From Candidatus Nomurabacteria bacterium (GTDB taxonomy: Bacteria; Patescibacteriota; Minisyncoccia; Phycocordibacterales; UBA5272): 56,517 nt of DNA. The position numbers and the translations under genes were made by a program. Positions 33,550-42,919 of this stretch are shown here, piece by piece (the first letter of the stretch is position 1; each line of letters starts with the position of its first letter). The stretch spans positions 1 to 56,517 of the forward strand of contig JAQBRF010000002.1 of the NCBI GenBank assembly GCA_028286645.1, given 5' to 3'. The notes beneath the pieces were generated by a model. It saw nothing but the letters and a program-made list of their open reading frames with translations. It did not search any database and was not told the DNA's origin.

Positions 33550-34638
33550 TCACAGGGTCGGCATCGTGACCATCGGCGGAAGTTGCGGGATCAAATTCTG
33601 GTTCGCGGAGAAACCTTCATAGATCGGTGCGTCCGGGTCCACCCGATCGAGCCCGAAAGAGGCGACAAACGACCCTTCATAAGCTCGCACATCAGATGAA
33701 AGGGTAACCATCTCGAGAGTGGCACCACCCTGAAATCCATGCCCGAAATACTCTGCGAAATGGATTGCCCCCCGGAAAAGACTGGAATCGAGCTGCTTCA
33801 ACGAAGCACATAGTCCTTCTCGCAGGTTGAGTCCCTCTCGGGTAATGAAGAGGTAATACCCCGTTTCCCGCAAATCAACGTAGAGCCTTCCGTCGCCGCC
33901 CCTGTTCGCGTACACCGGTTCGAAAAAGTCCTCCCACTTTTGCCCACGAAGGGACAAGTCCAGGACCTTTGCGTCTTTCCGAAGCTTAAAACCGCACAGA
34001 CCCTCCTGAAGGTGGAGCGTGGCGAGTAAGCGACCGTCCGGAGTTACTCGTCGAAGCTGCAGTTCTTTTTCCAGAGGCTTGCCAGTTCGCGGGTCGATGA
34101 AAAGATTATGGCCTGATACAAGGATCTTAAGCACCTCTTCTCTTCCGAGCCGCGCATCTTTGCGAGAAATGCGCATTTGAAGAAGAGATTCTTTGCCGAG
34201 GCCAGTCACTGGAATACGAGAAATCGCACTAATGATAACTCTTCTGGAAAGGCCGTCGCGCGAATAGGCGCAATTCATTTCCCCGAAGCCATCTACATGT
34301 GCTGTGGACTCGAGTCCAATACGGGCCATGCCAGACCTACTGCTGAAACCCACATGGAACGGTTCGAGCAGGTTCAGCCGTACGGCTGCCTGAGCAAGGA
34401 CTGTGTGTCCAGGCCGCAAGATCAGCCCGTCAAGCCCCACTTCTTCCCCGAACATATTCATATCCGGGTATCCAGTGGAAGCAAAAGGCTTATTGGCCAG
34501 GCGCACGGGCTGTGAAAGGCCGATGTCGATTGTTTCATTTTTGACTTCGACCAGCCCTCCAGTCTTAACCAAAAATCCCTCATCCAGAAGCATCCGTAAC
34601 GCATCTCGTCCTAAAACGCCACAGAACGGCTTTTTCAT
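33550..34638 (-). CDS. Divergent dCTP-deaminase/dUTPase-fold protein, two-lobed DCD-like paralog (GC-rich)
   Basis: 362 aa. The N-lobe SSRSGMARIGL resembles the Dcd RSSLARLGL motif. The C-lobe FAEYFGHGFQGGATLEMV resembles H.A.fiDPGf.G..TLE. Colinear with the neighbouring 34732..35820 protein. Strong SD AAGGAGGG at 34646-34653. Confidence 0.55.
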   Translation of the reverse strand: MKKPFCGVLGRDALRMLLDEGFLVKTGGLVEVKNETIDIGLSQPVRLANKPFASTGYPDMNMFGEEVGLDGLILRPGHTVLAQAAVRLNLLEPFHVGFSSRSGMARIGLESTAHVDGFGEMNCAYSRDGLSRRVIISAISRIPVTGLGKESLLQMRISRKDARLGREEVLKILVSGHNLFIDPRTGKPLEKELQLRRVTPDGRLLATLHLQEGLCGFKLRKDAKVLDLSLRGQKWEDFFEPVYANRGGDGRLYVDLRETGYYLFITREGLNLREGLCASLKQLDSSLFRGAIHFAEYFGHGFQGGATLEMVTLSSDVRAYEGSFVASFGLDRVDPDAPIYEGFSANQNLIPQLPPMVTMPTL

Positions 34639-34731
34639 ATCTATGCCCTCCTTGGGCGAATGGTTAGGTTTACAGAATGCACCGATGGTGCACTGTTTCG
34701 TCCTTACCCTATCATAAATTTATACCGAAAA

Positions 34732-35820
34732 CTACTTGAACTGTTTTGCAAGTTTCGGTCCAGATTGCATCTTATAATTTGAATTTTTCTGATCATAATG
34801 CACTTCCGGAACTTGCGCCATTCTTTCAAAACGGACCTTTCCTATCGGCTGACCATGCGTAACTACCACATCTTCGAATGATCGCACCTCTAATGTAATA
34901 GGCCTTCCTTTTCCTTCGCCTTTCGCTCCGTACCCCCACCCCGGGTCGAAGAATCCAGCATAATGAGTTCTGAATTCTCCCGTTCTAGAATCCATATCAA
35001 CCATTTCACTTGCGATATATGGAGGAACTCGCAGAGCTTCTTTCGTGGAAAGAATATAAAAGCTATCTTTGTGAAGCAACAGACTGTCTCCATTTTTATG
35101 TAATGGAGTAAAATACTTTGAAGAATCTAATGATGCATTAGCTGCTCCTAAATCAAGCACGGTGTTGCCTCCCCTACACTCGTATCCGACAATGTCTTGA
35201 GACAAATCAAGCGTGAGCAAAATAGATCCGTCGCCATCAGTCATCACGAGATCATTATATTGGGATGGTACGCCATTTAATTGATACACAAAAGGCGATA
35301 TCTCAAACTGCTTTCTAAGATCTTCTTCACTAAAACGAGTATCTTCATTAAAAAAACGGATTTGAGATATAGGAAAGTTAATGGGGAGTAAAACCGGGTA
35401 GGATCTAGGAACAACAATGGCCCACAAATCCCCTTTGCTTCCCTTTGGCAAAGTATCATACCTGGCTACGTCATCTTTTATAACTCTTACATGCAGGTCA
35501 TGCCGCCCGGTGGATGATTTCGGATTGCAGTATCCATAAATATCATGAGGGAGATCAAACTGTTCGTTTAAACGTACGACATATATCACCCCTCGTTCTA
35601 GAGGTTCGTTAATAGCATGCCTGGTGCCATTCATTCTTTTAATTAAAGATTGTATTGACTCTCCTGTTTTTGGCAAAAAGACTCCATCAACTCTGTATAT
35701 CTCTCCTGATATGGTTACGTCTATAGATGCTGGACTTATATGCTCCTCCTTAACGTTCTTAAATACACCTAAATTAACATTCTTCTTTAGATCTTGTGAT
35801 GGAATAGCTCCCTTAGTCAT
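34732..35820 (-). CDS. 2'-deoxycytidine 5'-triphosphate deaminase (long DCD family)-like protein
   Basis: About 362 aa. NPKSSTGRHDL in the N-lobe, and HYAGFFDPGWGYG...GRPITLEVRSF...HGQPIGKVRFERM in the C-lobe (dCTP deaminase catalytic Glu context). Start set at the ATG at 35820, preceded by TGtTATGAT-N6; the listed ORF starts one codon earlier at a TTG. Confidence 0.65.
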   Translation of the reverse strand: MTKGAIPSQDLKKNVNLGVFKNVKEEHISPASIDVTISGEIYRVDGVFLPKTGESIQSLIKRMNGTRHAINEPLERGVIYVVRLNEQFDLPHDIYGYCNPKSSTGRHDLHVRVIKDDVARYDTLPKGSKGDLWAIVVPRSYPVLLPINFPISQIRFFNEDTRFSEEDLRKQFEISPFVYQLNGVPSQYNDLVMTDGDGSILLTLDLSQDIVGYECRGGNTVLDLGAANASLDSSKYFTPLHKNGDSLLLHKDSFYILSTKEALRVPPYIASEMVDMDSRTGEFRTHYAGFFDPGWGYGAKGEGKGRPITLEVRSFEDVVVTHGQPIGKVRFERMAQVPEVHYDQKNSNYKMQSGPKLAKQFK

Positions 35821-35853
35821 CAAACCATCATAACAGATACATTAACCAAAACA

Positions 35854-35879
35854 AAAATCCGCAACTAATGCGGATTTTT
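35854..35879 (-). terminator. Intrinsic terminator after rplK
   Basis: AAAAATCCGC-aactaat-GCGGATTTTT. Confidence 0.8.
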
Positions 35880-35892
35880 GTTTGTATTTTCA

Positions 35893-36306
35893 CTAAACTA
35901 CTTTTATTCCTGCAGACTTGGCCGTACCTTCAATAATCTTAGCAGCCTGTTCTACAGTATGAGCAGTTAAGTCTTTTAACTTAATTTCTGCAATTTCTCT
36001 AATTTTATCTTTTGAGATTGTACCTGCTCCACCTTTAGAATTTCCTTTAGCAACGTTTGCTGCTTTCATTACAAGAGAAGTGGCGGTGGGGGTTTTAATA
36101 ACGAAATCATATGTTCGGTCTTCGTATACGTAAATCTTTACTGAAAGCCTTCCCTGCTGACCTTGAGTGGCAGCATTGAACTTGTTTACGAAATCTCCAA
36201 TCTGAACACCAGCCTGTCCAAGAGCAGGTCCAAGCGGTGGAGCAGGAGTGGCCTTCCCTGCTTCTATCTGAACTTTAACGTATTTTGTAATTTTTTTAGC
36301 TGCCAT
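35893..36306 (-). CDS. rplK: 50S ribosomal protein L11
   Basis: [35 protein letters not shown]... is typical of L11. TGtTATAAT lies 12 nt upstream of the ATG. Confidence 0.95.
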   Translation of the reverse strand: MAAKKITKYVKVQIEAGKATPAPPLGPALGQAGVQIGDFVNKFNAATQGQQGRLSVKIYVYEDRTYDFVIKTPTATSLVMKAANVAKGNSKGGAGTISKDKIREIAEIKLKDLTAHTVEQAAKIIEGTAKSAGIKVV

Positions 36307-36382
36307 ATAAGTTTCGGTATTATAACACTTAATTTATTTAATTTCAAGGTCTTCTTTTATGTAAAAAGAGAGAAATTGCTTC

Positions 36383-36472
36383 AGATGAGCGAAGCATAGG
36401 GATTTTGTAAAGAGACGTACAATGAGTACGTTGATGAGCAAAATTCCGTAGCGACAAAGCAGATGGAGTGAT
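36383..36472 (-). repeat. Conserved ~95-nt structured intergenic element, copy B (nusG-rplK spacer)
   Basis: Aligns with 18273-18371 (see findings). Begins directly after the nusG stop codon. Confidence 0.65.
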
Positions 36473-37018
36473 TTATATCTTTTTAATCTGGAGGAAGTCG
36501 AGCTCAACTGGAGTCTCTCTCCCAAACATGTTCACAAGCACCTTCAGCTTGCCTCTTGCCTTATCCACCTCGCTTACCTTGCCTTCAAAGTCTTTGAATG
36601 GACCATCAACAATAGAAACTAATTCCCCGACTTCTACAGCTACCTCATGCTCAATTTCTCCCGTTTTCATGCGATTAAATAGAAAATCAATTTCTTTTTG
36701 TGATAGTGGAACCGGAGTTGTCCCAGCTCCCACGAATCCTGTAACTCGAGGAGTGTTACGAACAACGTACCATGAGTTATCATCCACAATCATGTCTACC
36801 AGAACATATCCAGGATAAATTTTTTCCTCAACTTCCACACGCTTTGTCCCCTTAATTTTAATTTTCTTTTCAAGCGGAACTACCACATCGAAGATTTTAT
36901 TTTCCATGCCAAGAGACTCGATTCTCTGCTTTAGATTTCTCTGCACGGCATTTTCGTAACCGCTGTATGTATGGATAGCATACCAATGTCGCTCTCCTGT
37001 AAATTCTTGTTTAGCCAT
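36473..37018 (-). CDS. nusG: Transcription termination/antitermination factor NusG
   Basis: NGN domain (WYAIHTYSGYENAV) and KOW motif (GELVSIVDGPFKDFEGKVSEVD), in the conserved secE-nusG-rplK order. Confidence 0.9.
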   Translation of the reverse strand: MAKQEFTGERHWYAIHTYSGYENAVQRNLKQRIESLGMENKIFDVVVPLEKKIKIKGTKRVEVEEKIYPGYVLVDMIVDDNSWYVVRNTPRVTGFVGAGTTPVPLSQKEIDFLFNRMKTGEIEHEVAVEVGELVSIVDGPFKDFEGKVSEVDKARGKLKVLVNMFGRETPVELDFLQIKKI

Positions 37019-37082
37019 ATGAATAATTTATAGTTACTGGTAATTAGTTATTTGTAAATGCAAGCTTAAACTTTAAAGATGC

Positions 37083-37265
37083 TTATTTAGCGAGAAACTT
37101 TGTAAGCGCTTCACGAAGTCCTAAGTCTATTCCTCCAAGCACAGCCGCCACCACTACAGATAAAACCACAACTATGATTGTGTAAGTTATGGTCTGGGAA
37201 ACACTAGGGAAATGAACCTCCTTCAGTTCAGCTTTGGTTTCTTTTAAATATTTAATGATGTCCAT
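37083..37265 (-). CDS. secE: Preprotein translocase subunit SecE
   Basis: The 60-aa form MDIIKYLKETKAELKEVHFPS...single TM. Start placed at the internal Met (37265), preceded by TATAAT-N6; the listed ORF extends to 37370. Confidence 0.75.
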   Translation of the reverse strand: MDIIKYLKETKAELKEVHFPSVSQTITYTIIVVVLSVVVAAVLGGIDLGLREALTKFLAK

Positions 37266-37406
37266 AATGAAATTATATAATGACCTTATTCTAAAAAACA
37301 CCCCGGGGGGTATTGATAAAGTAACTATACTAAACAAAGAGAAATAAGTCAACAGCAAACAAAAAAGCACTAAATAGTGCTTTTTTGTTTCTTATAATTA
37401 AGAGGT

Positions 37407-38192
37407 TTAGTCTAGATTATACATAATGGTTACATGTATTTTCTTAATAGTTTCACCTGTTGGAATGCTCACTGTTTGGTTCCCCGCGGCTTGTGGTGCC
37501 ATTCCGAATGCCGCTTTATCATACATAGGGTATGGCATATTGCTTGAATCATCGCTATAACCAACGATGTCTCCTAAATCTACCCCAAGAGATCTAGCGG
37601 TTTCTTTAGCCTTTGCTCTGGCATCTTCTACCGCTTTTTGTTTAGCTTCCGAAATTATCTTATCCATATCATCAACTGTAAACTCAGGCCCTGTAATTTC
37701 TGTTATATTTGCTTTTCCAAGTGTGGCAATGACATCTCCAGAAATATCAATCTTCCTAACTTTTATCTCTAAAACTTCAGCCACATCATATCCTACGATC
37801 TTCGGAGCGCCAACCGGGCATGACCCATTTATGCAATATGTATTTTGATATTCATACTTAGGATTAACAGTGTATGAAGTAGTCTTAATGTCCTTTTCTG
37901 CAATTCCCAAAATCACCATTTGATCCGTTGCATCTTTAATTTTAGCTTCTACGGTTTTTTGAGCTTCAGGCACAGTTTTCCCTGTTTCTCTCACCGTTAC
38001 ATTTAAAGTCGCGATGTCTGGTATTGCAGTGGCTTCCCCTTCTCCAGTTACAGAAATGCTAGCTTGCTGTCCTCCTGGATGCTCTGATGAGCTAAATGCA
38101 GACATTCCTAGTCCCAAAGCACCGAATGCCACACATAGTAATGCAATGCCTCCTGCAATCCACGTATATTTTTTATAATCAAAATTTCCCAT
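37407..38192 (-). CDS. SIMPL-domain (DUF541) periplasmic/surface protein
   Basis: N-terminal TM anchor, then SISVTGEGEATAIPDIATLNVTV...EAQ... and the C-terminal pattern typical of SIMPL/26-kDa immunogenic proteins. Confidence 0.65.
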   Translation of the reverse strand: MGNFDYKKYTWIAGGIALLCVAFGALGLGMSAFSSSEHPGGQQASISVTGEGEATAIPDIATLNVTVRETGKTVPEAQKTVEAKIKDATDQMVILGIAEKDIKTTSYTVNPKYEYQNTYCINGSCPVGAPKIVGYDVAEVLEIKVRKIDISGDVIATLGKANITEITGPEFTVDDMDKIISEAKQKAVEDARAKAKETARSLGVDLGDIVGYSDDSSNMPYPMYDKAAFGMAPQAAGNQTVSIPTGETIKKIHVTIMYNLD

Positions 38193-38295
38193 ATATATTT
38201 TTACTATTAATAATTTCCTTAAGTATAACCGCTATCCTTACTATATACTATAAGCATTAATTTCTAGAACTGTGACAAAGTAACCCAGCCTTCCA

Positions 38296-39027
38296 TTAAA
38301 TCCGACCATTACTATACATATATCCCAATATAAGAAGTATGAGTAACAGCATTGCAATTGCTATAAAAATAAGATGCTCATCTTTCTTCGTCGGAGGAGT
38401 TTTAGTTATATAAACATTCTCTACCAGTTTTTCTGGTGGGAGTGTTACATCTTCTTTTTTTTCTATCTCTTTTACTTCAGGTGCTTTTGCTTCTACTTTA
38501 CTTTCTACTTTTGTTTTTATCCGCACTTCTTTCTTTTCCTCAATTTTGGTTTCTAAAGAAGGCGCAGGCTCTGGCATGACATCTCCATAAAATACATCTT
38601 TATATTTAGAAAACTCCCAAACATGCGGAGCTGTTTCAAATGGGCGAAGAGGTAAATTGTGCGGTGGCTCAGCTTCTTTTTTAGCAACTTTTATTTCACT
38701 AATTTTTACATTTTCTATTCCTGGCGATAGCAAAGACTCTGGTTCTTTTGTTCTTACATCAACATCTTCATTTTTATCTAAAAGAAGATGGCCCGAATCT
38801 ACTTCTGGAGGAAGAAGATTTTCTTCCTCCATCTTGGAAAGGCTTTCAACTTTCACCTTACTCATGGAAGGGCTTTCTTTTTTATGATGGAAAAGAAGTA
38901 CTGCATCTTTTATTGCTCTCTCATCCCATCCGCCAGCTTCAAGAAGCGTAATAAGAAGCTCATCATCAAGATCGGGGTGACGTTTTTTAAGTGTGCTAAG
39001 AGTTTCTTCTATCTCATTAAGGGTCAT
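38296..39027 (-). CDS. Hypothetical tail-anchored, Glu/Lys-rich protein
   Basis: 243-aa ORF, highly charged with EKKE-type repeats, and a C-terminal TM (LIFIAIAMLLLILLILGYMY). Starts 5 nt after the upstream gene. Confidence 0.45.
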   Translation of the reverse strand: MTLNEIEETLSTLKKRHPDLDDELLITLLEAGGWDERAIKDAVLLFHHKKESPSMSKVKVESLSKMEEENLLPPEVDSGHLLLDKNEDVDVRTKEPESLLSPGIENVKISEIKVAKKEAEPPHNLPLRPFETAPHVWEFSKYKDVFYGDVMPEPAPSLETKIEEKKEVRIKTKVESKVEAKAPEVKEIEKKEDVTLPPEKLVENVYITKTPPTKKDEHLIFIAIAMLLLILLILGYMYSNGRI

Positions 39028-39032
39028 TACTT

Positions 39033-41072
39033 TTATTTCTTTGCCGGAACTTTTGGTGTGGCTGCAGGAGCTGCGGCTTGTGTAGGTGTTAGAGTTTTCT
39101 TTAAGGCCACAAGGTCTGCATTTCCTGGATTTTGCGTAAGAAGCTGATCTACAATTTGCTTGGCTAAGTCTGGCCGTCCGCCGTCTCTAAGTGATAACGC
39201 TAAGAAGTATGCGACATTTGCATTATTTGGATCTAAAGTTAGAGCCTTGTTAAGAGCAGTTACAGCATTGGCATAATCCTTTTGTCCGTAAAGCAGAAGT
39301 CCGGCTTGGACATATACTAATGGATCATTCGGCGCATTCTTCACTGCTTCAAGAGCATAGTTTAATGCTTCTGTGATTTTATTATCTGATGCTTCTAGCT
39401 GACTCATTAGGTACAGTGCGTCGGCAAAGTTTTGCTTCTTTTTAAGTGCTTCTGTTAATTGAATTCTCACTCCTTCTTTTGTCCCCGCAGATGCCTCTAG
39501 GCGAGCAAGTATCACATAAAGATATGGATTCTCTGGATAAAGTTTTACGGCTTCTTCGTATGCGGCTTTAGCGTGGGCGTATCCAGAATCCTTCTCGAAA
39601 GGAATTGCCAGTTCGTAGGCCTGTCCTAATGAAACATAATTCTTATAATTTGATCCGTTTAATTTAACAGCATTTAATCCTGCATCAACTGATGAAGATG
39701 CGTTTGTAAGATAGATGTTCTGAATCTGATCTTGAGATAAAGTCGTAGTTGAAACTATTAGCCTGTTTGCTTGTATACCTGTTTCAACTTGTGCTCTATA
39801 AAACCCATCATATGGATATGCTACCGAAGCGCGGCTTAAAAGTGTTATAACTTCCTGTGGGTTTGTTGATGTTGCCGCTTTGCTATAAAGAGCGTAAGCT
39901 TTTATTTTGTTTAAAGTGACTCCTAGGTTTACGAGTAATAAGACAGCGAGAGGAATCATTAAGAATGCAAGTTTTTTACTTGGGTGATATTCAGTAAGTC
40001 TTGCCTTTGCGATTCCAAGGCCTGCCACCACCATCCAGACCATTAACATCGCAAATGAGAATGGAATCAGCCATGCGACAATCGCCATGTAAAGAAGTAC
40101 CATGGTAAGCATGCCGAGGATTAGGTGCTCTTTCCCCTCCCTTACTTGTCTATAGCTTAGATAAGTACTATATAAAGCTGAAAGTACTAACGCTAAGAAT
40201 GAAACTAACCCTAATATTCCTATGTTTACAAAGAGAGTGCTCATCGTATCTGCCCCTTGATTGAAGTCATAAATAAAGAATGGTGATGCAATTACACTAG
40301 CTGGACGATAAAGCTGCCATGCACGGTCGAAATGCCCCGCCCCTATTCCAAACACACCTTCTTTTAGCATTACAGTTTTGCCAACTATAAAAGAACTCTT
40401 TGAATCCGGACGGATATTATCTTGCACTGAAAGAGACACAGCCCACGAAAGGAAGAATATGGCGGTTACTACGATTGCTGCTTTGTATTTTTTAGCAAGC
40501 GGAACCTTTTTTACAAATAAGAGACACCCTATAACAAATATTCCAATGTAAACCGCAAGGGCAGAGCCCGTAGTAAATCCAGAAAATAACTGATTCCCTA
40601 CCGTCGCAATTTTGCCAGTAAACATAAGAGCAGATACAAACACGAAAGACGAAACTCCCAGCATTACCAAAAGAATATACTTAAGTCTTTGTCGCAAAGC
40701 TTCAGGAAGAGTTCTCACAAGATACATTACCGCCGGGAGCATAAGAAGCGATACAGCAGACATTGGATTAAACATATCTCCAAAAAGTGTTGTTTTCTGA
40801 TCTTGCGAAAAGATTACAGAACCGATTACACATATAGAAAATGCGATATACGAGTAAAACTCAAGCTTGGAGACTGTATGCCAAGTACGGGTTATGGCAG
40901 CAGAAATTACGTATGAAACCAGCGCGACAGCTACCAGAACGGTCATCGTCAAGTAATAGGTTATTTCAGGCGCGAAGCTTGTACGAGGAATAAAGAATAA
41001 TGGAGATCCTACGATTATGCATATAGTGGCATATCTATAGAGTCTGGAAAAAAAGGACGCGAGTAATTTCAT
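39033..41072 (-). CDS. Polytopic membrane protein (O-antigen-ligase-like core) with C-terminal TPR domain
   Basis: About 11 TM segments in the first ~400 aa, then TPR helices (YKNYVSLGQAYELA, NFADALYLMSQLEAS, DYANAVTALNKALTLDPNN). The family call is tentative. Confidence 0.45.
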   Translation of the reverse strand: MKLLASFFSRLYRYATICIIVGSPLFFIPRTSFAPEITYYLTMTVLVAVALVSYVISAAITRTWHTVSKLEFYSYIAFSICVIGSVIFSQDQKTTLFGDMFNPMSAVSLLMLPAVMYLVRTLPEALRQRLKYILLVMLGVSSFVFVSALMFTGKIATVGNQLFSGFTTGSALAVYIGIFVIGCLLFVKKVPLAKKYKAAIVVTAIFFLSWAVSLSVQDNIRPDSKSSFIVGKTVMLKEGVFGIGAGHFDRAWQLYRPASVIASPFFIYDFNQGADTMSTLFVNIGILGLVSFLALVLSALYSTYLSYRQVREGKEHLILGMLTMVLLYMAIVAWLIPFSFAMLMVWMVVAGLGIAKARLTEYHPSKKLAFLMIPLAVLLLVNLGVTLNKIKAYALYSKAATSTNPQEVITLLSRASVAYPYDGFYRAQVETGIQANRLIVSTTTLSQDQIQNIYLTNASSSVDAGLNAVKLNGSNYKNYVSLGQAYELAIPFEKDSGYAHAKAAYEEAVKLYPENPYLYVILARLEASAGTKEGVRIQLTEALKKKQNFADALYLMSQLEASDNKITEALNYALEAVKNAPNDPLVYVQAGLLLYGQKDYANAVTALNKALTLDPNNANVAYFLALSLRDGGRPDLAKQIVDQLLTQNPGNADLVALKKTLTPTQAAAPAATPKVPAKK

Positions 41073-41181
41073 GTTTTTATAAATAAATTGTTATTATGTA
41101 ATCTTATTATATCTCTATACGACGCGATTTGACTGTGGATATAACAAAGCAATAGAGAACATAAAAACAAGCTATACTCAT

Positions 41182-41370
41182 ATGATGGATACAGAATCAC
41201 AAAAAATAAATCTTCAAAAGGAAGACTCTACCGTGCAAAATAAAAAAGATATAAATCTTTACCCCGCTCTTCGAAGAGGATTCCTCATTTTTTGCATCAT
41301 AGCGGCAATCTTTATCATTTTGTTTTTAATTTACCAAAATGGTAAAAGCATATATGCTAACGGTATCTAA
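41182..41370 (+). CDS. Small single-TM protein (uncertain)
   Basis: 62-aa ORF with TM FLIFCIIAAIFIILFLIY. The TATACT box at 41173-41178 is 6 nt from the second ATG (41185). Overlaps the listed start of the next ORF. Confidence 0.35.
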   Translation: MMDTESQKINLQKEDSTVQNKKDINLYPALRRGFLIFCIIAAIFIILFLIYQNGKSIYANGI

Positions 41371-42919
41371 TCTGCTTTCCAATGTTCCCCCACTTTTCGG
41401 AGATCTGGCAAAAATCTTATCTGGTGAAATAGTTTTCTCTCATCAAGCTTTTTTAGAAGCAAGCCTTGATGGGTCTCCTTACGAAGTAATGCCTCAGACC
41501 ATTATCTATCCAAAAACAACCACGGATATAAAACATGCAATTGCATTTTCTAGAGAGTTTAAAATTCCTATAACTGTGCGAGGTGGAGGCACATCCCAAA
41601 CTGGCGGCGCGCTTGGAGAAGGAATAATTATTGATTTAACCAGACATTTTAACCGCATTAGAAATGTAAACATGATGGATCACACTGTAACGGTAGATGC
41701 AGGGACTTCTATCACTACATTACAAGAAAAACTAAAAGGCTGGAATATGGAGATCCCTTCGCTTGGAGTTGATAGCAATAAGTCAACAATAGGCGGACTC
41801 GTTGCTACAAAAAGCGCTACATCAGCCTCCTTTTATGCAGGCACGATTAGAGAATGGATAGAGGGAGTCACAATAATAGTCGATACGGGCGAAGAACATA
41901 TAATTAAAGACGGAATTACTCCAAGCGGGCGGCTTCTCGGAATTTATCAATCTGTTTTTCCTTTGCTTATTGATTCGTCCCCCATTTTAAGAGCCGCCAA
42001 GCCAGAACAGCCTGATGATGCGACAGGATATTCTATATGGAATACTTCCATTGGACCAAGGCAGCTTCTAGATCAGATAGTCGGGTCGGATGGAACGCTT
42101 GGAATAATTACATCAGTAACATTCAGAGTGTCCCCAAGTAAGCTCTTTTCTATTACAAATGCTATACAAATAAAAGATCCGGAACTAATATCCATGTTTG
42201 TAGATGTAGCCGTCCATCATAATGCGGAAAGAATCTTTTTGCTTGATCAGACACTTGTCACTCTTACTCAGAAATTTCACCCGGACCTCCTTCCTTCACT
42301 TAAAAAAGCACAGTTTACACTTTTGGTCACCCACAGGGATGATGATGTTAAAAAGGTGAAGAATAAAGCTACTATGTTTATAAAAGGTCTGAAAGTCGAA
42401 GAAGATGAACATGTAGAGTTTGATGAGACATTAGTAAATACCATAACTAACTCTGACTTTGCATATTCTCTTATCCATAATTATGGGAGAGGAGCCCATA
42501 AGGTTATAACTTCAGCTGGAGGGATGATCGTCTCACTTCCACAATATGCATCACTAATTAAAAATATAGACGAATACATGGGGAGCAAGGGCAAGTTATA
42601 TGCGCTTTCTGGATATGCCGGCAGCGGACATTTATCTTTGCTCTCTCTTTTTGACCCCGGAACAAAACACTTTGAAGAAGAGATTTTAAACTACAACGAA
42701 GAAATCTTTAAAATTGTTAAGAAACATAAAGGAGGCATAAGCGCCGTAGGAGGAGATGGTCTGGCTCGCACCCCCTACTTAGAATCCTTTTATAATGAAG
42801 CAACACGAGAAATATTTAAGAAGCTAAAAGAGGCATGGGACCCACTTTCTATATTTAATCCATCAAAAAAGGTTGGCGGAAGTACAAATTATCTGCGAAC
42901 TCACATTTCAAGGCGATAA
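41339..42919 (+). CDS. FAD-binding oxidoreductase (PCMH-type, GlcD/D-lactate dehydrogenase-like)
   Basis: YPKTTTDIKHAIAFSREFKIPITVRGGGTSQTGGAL and IVGSDGTLGIIT are typical of FAD_binding_4 enzymes. The exact start is uncertain (Met1 at 41339 or Met6 at 41354). Confidence 0.7.
   Translation: MVKAYMLTVSNLLSNVPPLFGDLAKILSGEIVFSHQAFLEASLDGSPYEVMPQTIIYPKTTTDIKHAIAFSREFKIPITVRGGGTSQTGGALGEGIIIDLTRHFNRIRNVNMMDHTVTVDAGTSITTLQEKLKGWNMEIPSLGVDSNKSTIGGLVATKSATSASFYAGTIREWIEGVTIIVDTGEEHIIKDGITPSGRLLGIYQSVFPLLIDSSPILRAAKPEQPDDATGYSIWNTSIGPRQLLDQIVGSDGTLGIITSVTFRVSPSKLFSITNAIQIKDPELISMFVDVAVHHNAERIFLLDQTLVTLTQKFHPDLLPSLKKAQFTLLVTHRDDDVKKVKNKATMFIKGLKVEEDEHVEFDETLVNTITNSDFAYSLIHNYGRGAHKVITSAGGMIVSLPQYASLIKNIDEYMGSKGKLYALSGYAGSGHLSLLSLFDPGTKHFEEEILNYNEEIFKIVKKHKGGISAVGGDGLARTPYLESFYNEATREIFKKLKEAWDPLSIFNPSKKVGGSTNYLRTHISRR

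Noticed and set aside
32818-34717. ORFs 32818..33081, 33038..33268, 33505..33699, 34177..34515 and 34403..34717
   Set aside because: These are shadow or alternative frames within the GC-rich thyA and DCD-like genes or across their terminators.
36163-36525. ORFs 36163..36399 (+) and 36334..36525 (-)
   Set aside because: They overlap rplK, its promoter and the conserved intergenic element. Their peptides are low-complexity and have no translation signals.
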